This document shows positions 7,808-17,420 of a stretch of 21,560 nucleotides of DNA, one piece after another. Both the position numbers and the translations under genes were made by a program. The DNA lies in the NCBI GenBank assembly GCA_035297365.1, contig DATGZA010000053.1, positions 1-21,560 on the forward strand, written 5' to 3'. This DNA comes from Nitrososphaeraceae archaeon. GTDB lineage: Archaea; Thermoproteota; Nitrososphaeria; Nitrososphaerales; Nitrososphaeraceae. A model generated the notes under the pieces. That model saw only the letters and a list, made by a program, of their open reading frames with translations, was not told the origin of the DNA and did no database searches. Each line of letters begins with the position of its first letter. Within the stretch, counting starts at the first letter, position 1.

Positions 7808-8734
7808 ATGTTAGCTATCGAAGCTCAGAATGTTTCAAAGACCTATAAAGGAATACATGTACCTGCTTTAGATAGAATCTCACTACAAGTAGAACAAGGA
7901 CAGATTTTTACATTATTAGGAAGAAATGGTGCAGGTAAAACTACATTTGTAAGATTATGTGCGACTCAATTATTACCCAGCTCAGGATCATTAAAAGTGT
8001 TCGAATATGATGTAAAAAATTGTGCTAAAAAAATAAGAGAACTAATATCTATTGTTCCTCAAGAAGGAAGACCATTACGTGCCCTTACACCATGGGATCA
8101 TGTTTATAATTGGCTTAAAATTCGAGGGGATAGTAGACAGGAGGCAAGAATAAAGACAGAAAATATACTTCAAAAGTTAGAATTATTTAAGGTAAAGGAT
8201 AAACCTGCAATGAACTTGTCTGGAGGTATGAAACAAAAAATTCTTGTTGCTATGGCTATGGCGGTCAATACAGAATTAATGTTCTTGGATGAACCTACAA
8301 TTGGTCTTGATCCTGTTTCTAGACGACAGGTATGGAGTCTAATTCAGGAACTAAAAAAAAGAGGTACAACGATTTTACTTACAACTCATTATATGGATGA
8401 AGCAGAAATATTATCTGATAAAATATTTATAATTGAAAATGGACGAGGAATCAAAGAAGGAACTGTTAGTGATTTAAGAAACACAATTCCACAAAATATT
8501 CGTGTGGATTTATCAAAAAAAAATTTTGATGTAGAGTTATTTAAATCATATGGCACAATAATAGAGACTGGAACTAATATATTACGATTATTTACATTTA
8601 AATCATATGTAAGTGAGATATCTGAATTGGCAATAAAGAAAGATATTTCATTTAATATTTCTCCTATAACACTTGATGATGTGTTTGTATATTTAGTTCA
8701 AAAGAAAATAAAAAATGATGAAAAATTTGTATGA
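7808..8734 (+). CDS. ABC-2/DrrA-type exporter ATP-binding subunit
   Basis: Walker A GRNGAGKTT, signature LSGGMKQK, Walker B FLDEPTIGLDP, H-loop TTHYMDEAE, C-terminal TLDDVF. Confidence 0.93.
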   Translation: MLAIEAQNVSKTYKGIHVPALDRISLQVEQGQIFTLLGRNGAGKTTFVRLCATQLLPSSGSLKVFEYDVKNCAKKIRELISIVPQEGRPLRALTPWDHVYNWLKIRGDSRQEARIKTENILQKLELFKVKDKPAMNLSGGMKQKILVAMAMAVNTELMFLDEPTIGLDPVSRRQVWSLIQELKKRGTTILLTTHYMDEAEILSDKIFIIENGRGIKEGTVSDLRNTIPQNIRVDLSKKNFDVELFKSYGTIIETGTNILRLFTFKSYVSEISELAIKKDISFNISPITLDDVFVYLVQKKIKNDEKFV

Positions 8735-8987
8735 AATCTTTTGTAAACCAAGATAATTTCTTTTTATATCAATAGAATAAATATATGTGTTCTTGGATTT
8801 GTATTCTTGCAAAATATATATCTTTATTTTAACTAAAGATTATAATGTGATTTAATTGTAAAAATTTTCAAATATAATCGATCAATCTTTGGAATTAATT
8901 AAAATATGTGATGTAAGAAGATAGAAATATTCGTATTAAAATATTTGTATCTGAATATATGCTTAGTAGTAAAAAATTGAAAAATTA

Positions 8988-9605
8988 TCAAGTAAATTGA
9001 ATTTTTATATCATTTACTTCTTTAACAGCTTTGTTGATTTGATCCTCTGTTTCATTTCCATATATTAATAATAAACGATCGTTATTATTGATTATATAAT
9101 TAGAGATAGCCGAAGTTAGATTTCCATTTATGAATGCATTTAATTTATGTTGACTATCGTCGCAATATTGTGTTCCATTATCAAACAGTAAACAATTATT
9201 ATTATTTTCTCGATCGATACTCATTTTAACACTGTCAAGAAAATCTGCAAAAGTAACATTTGTGGCATGTCTATGTAATGTAGTACCATCCCCATTTTCT
9301 ACATGAATATAATCTGACTGTACTTGATATTTCGGTAGACTAAAATCTATATTTTTTCCATTTATTTTTACTAAAAATGCGGCGTGCTCATGTGCAGAAC
9401 CCAATGCTCCAAAGCTTGATTTAGACGTATTGGGAGAAAATAAAAACATAGAAACTACTAAAAGTATGCCTATTCCTCCTACTATTGGAAGCACAAAGGT
9501 TTTTAGATTTTTAGTGCGTTTTTTTCTATTTATGTCAAAATAGCTCTTTTTCTTCTCAGCATTTTCTTTGGTATTTTTACTATTTTTATTATTTTTACTA
9601 GACAT
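8988..9605 (-). CDS. Membrane-anchored hypothetical protein with His-rich motifs
   Basis: Lys-rich N-terminus, one TM helix (FVLPIVGGIGILLVVSMFLF), then AHEHAAF, YIHVE, LHRHA and a Cys pair. Confidence 0.8.
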   Translation of the reverse strand: MSSKNNKNSKNTKENAEKKKSYFDINRKKRTKNLKTFVLPIVGGIGILLVVSMFLFSPNTSKSSFGALGSAHEHAAFLVKINGKNIDFSLPKYQVQSDYIHVENGDGTTLHRHATNVTFADFLDSVKMSIDRENNNNCLLFDNGTQYCDDSQHKLNAFINGNLTSAISNYIINNNDRLLLIYGNETEDQINKAVKEVNDIKIQFT

Positions 9606-9713
9606 ACTAATCTAATTAATTTGAGTTAATATACATTATATATAATATATTAGCTTTAAAGTATTTTATTTTAACATGAAAAAATTTAAAAAAGCAAGAT
9701 AAAAATAAAAAGA

Positions 9714-10766
9714 ATGAAATTAAATAAATATAGATATATGCTTTTCTTTACTAGCCCGATAGGTCTAGGTCATGCCACACGTGATATAGCAATAGCTCAG
9801 AATTTAGATATTAAAGATATATCATTAAAATTTGTTACTGGATCAAAGGCATATAATTTTATAGCAAATTGTGGATATGAAGTTTTTAATTTATATAATC
9901 CACCTAAATTTAATATTGAAAATGGAGTACTGAATAATTCTTTCAATTGGCTAATAAAATATTTTTTATATTATAAGAAATGTAAAAATGCTGCTAGAAC
10001 CATAATTGATTCTGAAGATAATGACAAAATTTTAGTTAGCGATGAGGATTTTGCATCTATTGCGGTAGCAGAAGAAAGAAAAAGGAAAAAAATTTTAATC
10101 ACGGATATCATTAATACCACTTTTACAAGTGGCTTTTTATCTTTACTAGAAAAACAAATGAACAAAAAATTGTGCCGAATGATTAGCAGATGTGATTGTG
10201 TAATTATTCCAGATTTTGGAGAAGATAGTGAAAATTTAAGATACGTCGGACCAATTGTTAGAAATATTTATGATAGTAAAGAAAATTTAAGGAAAAAATT
10301 TAATTTTAATAAAAAAACAATCCTTGTTTGCATAGGTGGTACTAATTATGGTAAATTTTTAATAGAAAAAACAAAAGAATCTTTCGAAAAGATAAAGAAG
10401 AGATTGGACGTCGATCTTGTAATAGTTGCTGGTCCATCATTAACAATAAAACCATCAGATGATTGCAGGTTGTTAGGATTTGTACCAAATTTAAATGAGT
10501 ATATCTATGCTTGTGATCTTGTTATTTCTCTTGCAGGGAGATCTACCATGGATGAATCCATAGTATACAATACTCCTGGAATATTCATTCCTTTAAAGAA
10601 TCATTTTGAACAAGAAGAAGGTGCTAGAAGAATGGGATTTGAATTCAATGATATTTTTAGACTCAAGGAATTAATTGAAGAAAGACTTGGTTTCAATAAG
10701 GATAACAGAAAAATTGTGAATAATGGAGCTCAAAAAGCAGCAGAAATCATCCTAGAGTTTCTCTAA
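9714..10766 (+). CDS. GT-B fold glycosyltransferase, family 28-like (MurG-like)
   Basis: SPIGLGHATRD, YVGPIVR, ILVCIGGT, CDLVISLAGRSTMDE, IPLKNHFEQ. Confidence 0.85.
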   Translation: MKLNKYRYMLFFTSPIGLGHATRDIAIAQNLDIKDISLKFVTGSKAYNFIANCGYEVFNLYNPPKFNIENGVLNNSFNWLIKYFLYYKKCKNAARTIIDSEDNDKILVSDEDFASIAVAEERKRKKILITDIINTTFTSGFLSLLEKQMNKKLCRMISRCDCVIIPDFGEDSENLRYVGPIVRNIYDSKENLRKKFNFNKKTILVCIGGTNYGKFLIEKTKESFEKIKKRLDVDLVIVAGPSLTIKPSDDCRLLGFVPNLNEYIYACDLVISLAGRSTMDESIVYNTPGIFIPLKNHFEQEEGARRMGFEFNDIFRLKELIEERLGFNKDNRKIVNNGAQKAAEIILEFL

Positions 10767-10824
10767 ATATTTATTACATTAATACTATATCAATTCAAGT
10801 AAATAATACCTAGGAACAAGAGAT

Positions 10825-12297
10825 ATGACTGAAGTAATAATTGCAAAGTTTGGAGGAAGTACTATTGGACAAAATGGTGAACAGATACCAAAGGTGATAG
10901 AAAGAATAAAACTAATCAAAAATGAAGGAAACAAAATTGTAGTAGTTTTTTCTGCTCCTTTAATGGAATACGAAGGAAAAATAAGATCCATGACAGATAT
11001 TGCTATAAATATTGGTAGAAAGTATGCATCAGGACAAAAAGTAGATACGAAAATTTTTTATGATACATACCTAAACATTGCAATGAATTATGTGTCTGAG
11101 AAATATTTGAATGAATTTGAATATCACCTCGAAGAATTTTATCATTATGTTACTGTCTCTTTGAATAATTCAATTGAAAATAAAAGATTCATAGATGTTA
11201 ATAGAGCAAGAACTCTTGCATATGGAGGGGAAATTACTATGTCATATCTAATGGACTATATTATGAGAAGTAATGGATTAAAATCGAATCATGTAGATAT
11301 TGAAAAATGGCCTATAATTACTGATGATAATTTTGAAGCTGCAAATTTTATGATTGAAGAATCCAAGGAACGCAAAAAACATCTTCTTCAATTAATAGAA
11401 GAAAATGAAGTAATATCTATTGGTGGTTTTATTGGTAAAACTACAGATGGTTTAGAAACTACATATGAAAGGGGAGGTTCCGATAGAACTGCTGCAGATA
11501 TTGCTATTATTCTTCATGATAATTATAAGACACAAATAGATTTTGAAAAAGATAATATTGTTCTTAGTGCAGATCCAAAAATTGTAAAAGACAATCTAGA
11601 ATCAATAAAATATTTATCGTATAATGAAGCTAAATTAGCTGGGATGTTCGGAATGAAAATTCTAGACCCTATAGCAATAAAAGAAATAGATGATAATAAA
11701 TTGGATATCCCAATAGTTATAACCTCGATCATTAATCCTTTAAACGTTACAATAATTCAAAAATCTTTAGATAACAATAAGAAAATTTTTGAACATAAGG
11801 ATAATAAGAAGGATAGGAATGTTTCAAATTCTTTAATCAAAATAGTAACAGGAAAAAGAAATTGTGCTATAGTTAGAATGGAGAGCATAAACGCATCTTA
11901 TTTAATAGCATCACTGGAGAAAGATAAACAATATTATAATTTCTTAAAATTATCCCCATATAAAATTGATGACATGGAGATTACTAGACTATTATTTTTG
12001 GATGCAGATTATGTAAAGCGTCATGAGCGACATTTCAAAGCATTCTATCCGAAAACAGAATTTTCATATGGAAGAGGTGTAGTTACATTAATAGGAGATT
12101 CTATGTGGAAAATGCCAAAAATTGTGTCTTCCGCAAGTAGAACTTTAGGAGATAATGATATAAATATATTGAATTTAGATGCTCAAGAAGAAACATCAAG
12201 GATTTTAATAATAGTTGAAGATATAGACAATAATGTTGCCAATGCAATAAAGGCAGTTCATTTACAAAGAATTACTAATAATAGTAAGAACAACTAG
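10825..12297 (+). CDS. lysC: Aspartate kinase with C-terminal ACT-like domain
   Basis: IAKFGGST, VVVFSA, GGFIG, ERGGSDRTAA, SADPKIV, LSYNEA..GMKIL; ACT-like VTLIGDSM...NINI. Confidence 0.88.
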   Translation: MTEVIIAKFGGSTIGQNGEQIPKVIERIKLIKNEGNKIVVVFSAPLMEYEGKIRSMTDIAINIGRKYASGQKVDTKIFYDTYLNIAMNYVSEKYLNEFEYHLEEFYHYVTVSLNNSIENKRFIDVNRARTLAYGGEITMSYLMDYIMRSNGLKSNHVDIEKWPIITDDNFEAANFMIEESKERKKHLLQLIEENEVISIGGFIGKTTDGLETTYERGGSDRTAADIAIILHDNYKTQIDFEKDNIVLSADPKIVKDNLESIKYLSYNEAKLAGMFGMKILDPIAIKEIDDNKLDIPIVITSIINPLNVTIIQKSLDNNKKIFEHKDNKKDRNVSNSLIKIVTGKRNCAIVRMESINASYLIASLEKDKQYYNFLKLSPYKIDDMEITRLLFLDADYVKRHERHFKAFYPKTEFSYGRGVVTLIGDSMWKMPKIVSSASRTLGDNDINILNLDAQEETSRILIIVEDIDNNVANAIKAVHLQRITNNSKNN

Positions 12298-12332
12298 TCT
12301 TGAATTATTTGATATGAAAAGAATGAAATGTT

Positions 12333-13253
12333 ATGAATAATGGTCATATTTGGATAGATGGATCTTTCTATAAATGGGATGAAGCAAAAATACATGTTTT
12401 AACCCATTCTCTACATTATGGAACGGCGGTATTTGAGGGAATCCGTTGTTATAATACTGTTAAAGGTCCTGCAATATTCAGATTAGAAGATCATGTAAAT
12501 AGACTATTTAATAGTGCCAAAATATATTTCATGAATATTGAATTTTCCAAAGAACAAATAGAAGATGCAATAATTGATACTACCAAAAAAAATAGAATAG
12601 ATGAATGCTATATTCGGCCGTTAGCTTACTTTGGTTATGGAAAAATGGGAATTAATCCATTAAGCAATAAGGTATCTGTAGCTATTGCGTTATGGAGGTG
12701 GGATGAATATCTAAAGAAAGAAGATGTCAATCATGGAGTCAGAGTAATGGTATCAGGATGGATGAGAATAGATGCAAGAACGATGCCTATTCATGCAAAA
12801 GCAACTGCCAATTATGCGAATTCAGCTTTAGCAAGAATTGAAGCTATAAAAGCTGGATTTGATGAAGCTCTCATGCTAAATACTGATGGAATGGTAGTCG
12901 AAGCTAGCGGGGAAAATATTTTTATTGTTAAAAATAATGTTTTAATTACTCCTCCGACGGCTTCCGGTGCATTAGAGGGAATAACACGTGATACAGTATT
13001 AAGATTAGCTAAGGATGATAATATAATTACTGAAATTCGTGATATATCAAAAGATGAGTTGTATTTAGCAGATGAAGTATTTTTGACAGGTACTGCTGCT
13101 GAGATAAAGGCAGTGGGAGAAATAGATAACAGACGTATAGGAAATGGTGGTATAGAAAAAATCACTCTTCAGTTAAAAAGTTTATTTGATGATCTAACAA
13201 GAGGCAACCACAAATACAGTACCGAGTGGCTTAGCTACATAAACATAGATTAA
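12333..13253 (+). CDS. ilvE: Branched-chain amino acid aminotransferase
   Basis: HSLHYGTAVFEGIR, FRLEDHVNRL, YIRP, AKATANY, EASGENIF, LEGITR, ADEVFLTGTAAE. Confidence 0.95.
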   Translation: MNNGHIWIDGSFYKWDEAKIHVLTHSLHYGTAVFEGIRCYNTVKGPAIFRLEDHVNRLFNSAKIYFMNIEFSKEQIEDAIIDTTKKNRIDECYIRPLAYFGYGKMGINPLSNKVSVAIALWRWDEYLKKEDVNHGVRVMVSGWMRIDARTMPIHAKATANYANSALARIEAIKAGFDEALMLNTDGMVVEASGENIFIVKNNVLITPPTASGALEGITRDTVLRLAKDDNIITEIRDISKDELYLADEVFLTGTAAEIKAVGEIDNRRIGNGGIEKITLQLKSLFDDLTRGNHKYSTEWLSYINID

Positions 13254-13338
13254 TTAAACAACAGATGTTTGTTTCAATATCAAAAATAAGCCAATTTTCC
13301 TTTAAAATATATATGAAATAAGCATAATCTTTCAAAAT

Positions 13339-13809
13339 TTGATCCGAATAAAGAAAAAGACTAACAATAACTCTGAAACTGATTTGTTTAGGGAATATCT
13401 GAGCTGGATCGATATTGAAAATCTTATTGACATAATTAGTAACAAAATTAGAAAAGGCAATAAAAAATATGATACAATAATTGGAATAAAAAATGGAGGA
13501 ATAGTTCCTGCAAGATTAATATCAAGAGAACTAGAAATTAACGAGATTGAATTTATCTCTACTAAATCTGTTGAAACAAATGAATTTTGTCATAGAATAA
13601 AAAACAATAAAAAATATCTTTTAATCGACGAAATATATGATACCGGTAAAACTTTTCTTGCAATTAAGGAAGGTTTGAAAAATATTGAATATGATTTTAC
13701 ATGTTTGATAAGTAGATATAGAATGCAGGATGACAATATAATCGTAGGAAGAGTTTTGAATAATACAAATTGGATTGTTTTTCCTTGGGAAAGTAGAAAT
13801 ATAAAGTAG
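13339..13809 (+). CDS. Type I phosphoribosyltransferase (xanthine/guanine PRT-like)
   Basis: YLSW, IIGIKNGGIVPA, PRPP loop LLIDEIYDTGKT, C-terminal WIVFPWE. Start codon uncertain (TTG). Confidence 0.85.
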   Translation: MIRIKKKTNNNSETDLFREYLSWIDIENLIDIISNKIRKGNKKYDTIIGIKNGGIVPARLISRELEINEIEFISTKSVETNEFCHRIKNNKKYLLIDEIYDTGKTFLAIKEGLKNIEYDFTCLISRYRMQDDNIIVGRVLNNTNWIVFPWESRNIK

Positions 13810-13843
13810 AAAAAATATTTCGTTTAGTTTCATATAGAACTAA

Positions 13844-13859
13844 TGACATTATAATGTCA
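13844..13859. promoter_or_regulatory. Perfect 16-bp palindrome containing the putative pstS TATA box (candidate operator)
   Basis: TGACATTATAATGTCA is its own reverse complement. Its central TTATAA lies about 32-37 nt upstream of the pstS TTG. Confidence 0.55.
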
Positions 13860-13885
13860 AAATATTAATCACACCATCATGTACC

Positions 13886-14983
13886 TTGGATATGCAGAAT
13901 AACTATAGACCATTGATCTGGTTGATAGCTGGTGTATTCTTGACAGCAAATTTGCCAACTATATTAGAACAAACATACGCACAGATCACTATAAATGGAG
14001 CAGGAGCAACGTTCCCATTTCCATTAATAGACACGTGGAGGGTTGAATATCAAAATGTTAAACCTGACGTAAATATCAATTATCAATCTATTGGAAGTGG
14101 GGGAGGAATAAAACAGTTTACAGAAAAAACAGTGGATTTTGGAGCGACTGATGCTCCGTTAAATGAGGAAGAAGAGAAGAAAGTTACTGGTGCAGTACAT
14201 ATTCCTGAGACTATTGGATCTGTTGTAGTTGCCTATAACTTGCCACAGATATCAGATAAGGAGCTCAAATTAACTGGTCCTGTAATTGCTGAAATATTTA
14301 TGGGTAAGATAACCAATTGGAATGATCCAAAAATCAAAGAGATCAATCCTGATTTAGATCTACCTGCAGATAGCATACATGTGGTACATAGATCTGATGG
14401 ATCTGGCACAACATTTGTATTTACAGATTATTTATCTAATGTTAGCTCACAATGGGAAGCAGAGATAGGCAAAGGAAAGTCAGTTCCATGGCCTATAGGA
14501 GTAGGTTCTCCAGGAAACGAGGGTGTTAGTGGTTCAGTAATAAGTACACCTAATTCAATTGGATATGTTGAATTAAGTTATGAATTGACTACCGATCTTG
14601 ATTCTGCTTCTATTCAAAACAAGGAGGGTAATTTTATAAAACCATCTTTGAATTCTACTGCAGCTGCCATATCAGCCTCAGCGACAGGTCTACCTAAAGG
14701 TACTGATTCATGGAAAGATGTTTCAGTGGTCAATGCCCACGGCGGTGATTCGTATCCTATAGCAAGCTTCACTTATCTGTTACTCTTTAAAGAACTAGGT
14801 ACTAATCCATCTATTGATGAGGCCAAAGCCAAGGCATTAGTTGATTTTATATCTTGGGCCATTACTGATGGACAGAAATTTGGTTCAGAGCTAGGATATG
14901 TTCCTTTGCCTGATCAAGTCGTAAAACTTGATCAAGAAACACTCAAATCATTGACATTTAAAGGAAACCCAATACTTCAATAG
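13886..14983 (+). CDS. pstS: Phosphate ABC transporter substrate-binding protein
   Basis: GAGATFP, YQSIGSGGG, VDFGATD, HRSDGSGTT, IGYVE, YPIASFTY, GYVPLP. Start is TTG 13886 or ATG 13892. Confidence 0.97.
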   Translation: MDMQNNYRPLIWLIAGVFLTANLPTILEQTYAQITINGAGATFPFPLIDTWRVEYQNVKPDVNINYQSIGSGGGIKQFTEKTVDFGATDAPLNEEEEKKVTGAVHIPETIGSVVVAYNLPQISDKELKLTGPVIAEIFMGKITNWNDPKIKEINPDLDLPADSIHVVHRSDGSGTTFVFTDYLSNVSSQWEAEIGKGKSVPWPIGVGSPGNEGVSGSVISTPNSIGYVELSYELTTDLDSASIQNKEGNFIKPSLNSTAAAISASATGLPKGTDSWKDVSVVNAHGGDSYPIASFTYLLLFKELGTNPSIDEAKAKALVDFISWAITDGQKFGSELGYVPLPDQVVKLDQETLKSLTFKGNPILQ

Positions 14984-15002
14984 CTAATAACAAAAACACC
15001 AA

Positions 15003-15009
15003 TTTTTTT
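15003..15009 (+). terminator. Oligo-T archaeal terminator candidate after pstS
   Basis: T7 run about 20 nt after the pstS stop codon. Weak evidence in AT-rich DNA. Confidence 0.4.
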
Positions 15010-15266
15010 GCATTCATTATATTTGATACTTTAGATGAAAGTAATTTTCAATAATACTCTTAAATTTAATGTTTAGCAAAAGTAACAATAAATGTACAAC
15101 ACTGAAATTTTCGTATGTTTCATTTAAAGTTTTATTTAGAAAAAGAAAATCAGTGTTATTATGTTTGAAAGACATTTTTAATAATGTTGATAGAGAATGT
15201 GATATTATATCTTAGCAATATAGAAATTTTATAAAAATTTTATAATTTATATGAACTGCCAAAGAT

Positions 15267-16349
15267 CTAAATCTTGTAACTTGATGGTCTTTTTTCTATA
15301 GTTATTACTTCTCCGATAGTTTGATTTAATGCCTCTTCTGCTATGTCACTAGCATGTTCTGCAGAACGTCTTAGATGTTCGAGTACAAGTTTAATGTAAA
15401 TCTTGTTTTGATTAAAGGAATCACCAAATTTATCTAGAAGTAACACGATTTCATTTTCAAGAAGTCTCACATTTTCAACTCGATCCACTATTCTATCTGC
15501 CATCAAATAATCTCTTCTTAAAAATGCTTCAACTGAATCATTAAGATCTTGTAATGACAGATCGCTCATTTTTTTCACGTTTTCAAGAATATCAGTAGGA
15601 ATCATATCTTTTATAAACAAACATTGTTCAGTTATTTTAGAAGCATGATCTGCAATTCTCTCAATACTTTTTACGGCTGATCTATAACTTAAACAATCTG
15701 AACTATTTTTTAAGCCGATTTCACTTAACATTCTATCGTTTTTTGTAGCAATAACTAGATTTCTCAATATATAAAGACTAAACCTGTCAACTTCATCATC
15801 AGATCTAATAACAGCATTAGCTAGATCATAGTTCAACTCTGTCAAAGCAACAATCGCGTCTTTATGCATTGAAGTAGCAAGTAGAAACATTCGTCTGACT
15901 GCAGTATTTACAGAAAGCTCTGGAAGAGTAATTAAAACTTGTATTGTTATCAAATCGGAGGAATCAGCAATAATTTCTGTACCTACCAGATTTCTACGAA
16001 CAACTTCTCTAGCTGCTTCACGCTGTGATGGATTAATTCTTCCTATTTTCGATTTTAAATTTATTATATTATATCCTGCTAGATACATGGATACCAATTT
16101 ACGTTTTAGGGAATTGGCACTATCATCTTTTAGCACTTGAACAGTAGCTTCATCAACTGATTCTTTTGATGATCTAGCAATATCAGATATTATTGATAAT
16201 GTATTATCTGGTTCTCTAATGATTGTAACTGGGTCTCCTGGTTTCAAATGTAGTTCTGTTACCCATTTTTTAGGTAATGATAATACATATGTAGATTTCC
16301 CAGTAAATTGTATTTTTCTTACTTCTCCACTGTCTGAATATATTGGCAA
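15267..16349 (-). CDS. phoU: Archaeal phosphate uptake regulator: AbrB DNA-binding domain + PhoU domains
   Basis: RKIQFTGKSTYVLSLPKKWV (AbrB-like); PhoU motifs DDEVDR and ERIADHA, with a second repeat RRSAEHASDIAE. Confidence 0.93.
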   Translation of the reverse strand: MPIYSDSGEVRKIQFTGKSTYVLSLPKKWVTELHLKPGDPVTIIREPDNTLSIISDIARSSKESVDEATVQVLKDDSANSLKRKLVSMYLAGYNIINLKSKIGRINPSQREAAREVVRRNLVGTEIIADSSDLITIQVLITLPELSVNTAVRRMFLLATSMHKDAIVALTELNYDLANAVIRSDDEVDRFSLYILRNLVIATKNDRMLSEIGLKNSSDCLSYRSAVKSIERIADHASKITEQCLFIKDMIPTDILENVKKMSDLSLQDLNDSVEAFLRRDYLMADRIVDRVENVRLLENEIVLLLDKFGDSFNQNKIYIKLVLEHLRRSAEHASDIAEEALNQTIGEVITIEKRPSSYKI

Positions 16350-16485
16350 TAGTTAGAGAAAGAGAAATACTATTTGTATAGTTTATGTTAGTTGATAATA
16401 TAGATCTATCAAATATATATAGACTATATAATATATTACTAGATCAAACTATTCATAACAACACTACATAGAAGAAAATTAAAGC

Positions 16486-17412
16486 CTAATAACTTTTAAT
16501 TGAAAAGTTTTTTCGCTGAGACAATAATCGGAGAACGACATTCAAGGTTAATACAATCATAATTAGAATAAGTGCTGCACCCCATCCTTGAGCATGAGCA
16601 GATTCGTATGGTTGAGATGCCAATCTCCATATTCTAAGAGGAAGAGCATCGACAGGACCAGTAAGAGACGAGAAAAATAGACTTGTTCCTAAAATAGTCA
16701 TAATTAAAGGAGCGGTCTCACCAGCAATTCTTGCGACTGATAGAACTATTCCTGTTATAACACCACTCATGGCAGTCTTTAATACAATAAATAAAGTAAT
16801 CTTCCATTTTGGTATACCGAGAGAATGAGCTGCCTCTCTAATAGAGTTAGGTATTACTTTGAGTGTCTCTTCAGTTATTCTGCTTAAAATTGGAATCATT
16901 ATTAATGATAATGAGAAAGCTCCTGCAATAACAGAAAAAGATCCTATAGTCAAGACAATAGTGATATATCCGACAATACCAACAATAATTGAGGGAAGAC
17001 CTGTTAGAACGTCATTAAAGAATCTAACTGCAAAAGCAAATTTACTGTTACTTTTTGCATATTCTGATAGATATATTCCTGTAAGTACGCCCACAGGAAC
17101 AGCCATTAGAGAAGCTAAACCTACAACTATTAATGTTCCTTGAATGGCTGGTCCAATACCCCCTTTTCCTGATCCGATTGAACCTGGTGGTTTTACTAAA
17201 AATTCAAAACTGATAGCTGATACTCCGTTTTTCACTACCTCAAAGAGAATGCTAGCGAGTGGAATTATTGCTAGGATGACACAAGCAATTGATATAACAG
17301 TTAGTATTTTATTGACATATACTCTTTTTTTTGAATGTTTTAACATAATTTCTTCAAGATTTTTTTTTCTAATTGAGTATTGAATATCTGAATTTTTTAT
17401 ATCGTCGGACAT
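16486..17412 (-). CDS. pstA: Phosphate ABC transporter permease PstA
   Basis: GGIGPAIQGT, GIYLSEY, PSIIVG, EAA loop IREAAHSLG, ARIAGETAPL. Confidence 0.96.
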   Translation of the reverse strand: MSDDIKNSDIQYSIRKKNLEEIMLKHSKKRVYVNKILTVISIACVILAIIPLASILFEVVKNGVSAISFEFLVKPPGSIGSGKGGIGPAIQGTLIVVGLASLMAVPVGVLTGIYLSEYAKSNSKFAFAVRFFNDVLTGLPSIIVGIVGYITIVLTIGSFSVIAGAFSLSLIMIPILSRITEETLKVIPNSIREAAHSLGIPKWKITLFIVLKTAMSGVITGIVLSVARIAGETAPLIMTILGTSLFFSSLTGPVDALPLRIWRLASQPYESAHAQGWGAALILIMIVLTLNVVLRLLSQRKNFSIKSY

Positions 17413-17420
17413 TTTCTACA

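Noticed and set aside
7808-8734. ABC ATPase as the missing PstB
   Set aside because: Its motifs (DEPTIGLDP, TTHYMDEAE, TLDDVF tail) are DrrA/ABC-2 exporter type rather than PstB type.
9971-13833. Minus-strand ORFs 9971-10165, 10785-10991, 11523-11732, 12812-13165 and 13621-13833
   Set aside because: Antisense to clearly identified plus-strand genes.
15220-15255. AT-only quasi-palindrome (AAATTTTATAAAAATTT) between pstS and phoU
   Set aside because: Pure A/T symmetry is expected by chance at this composition; at most part of a terminator region.
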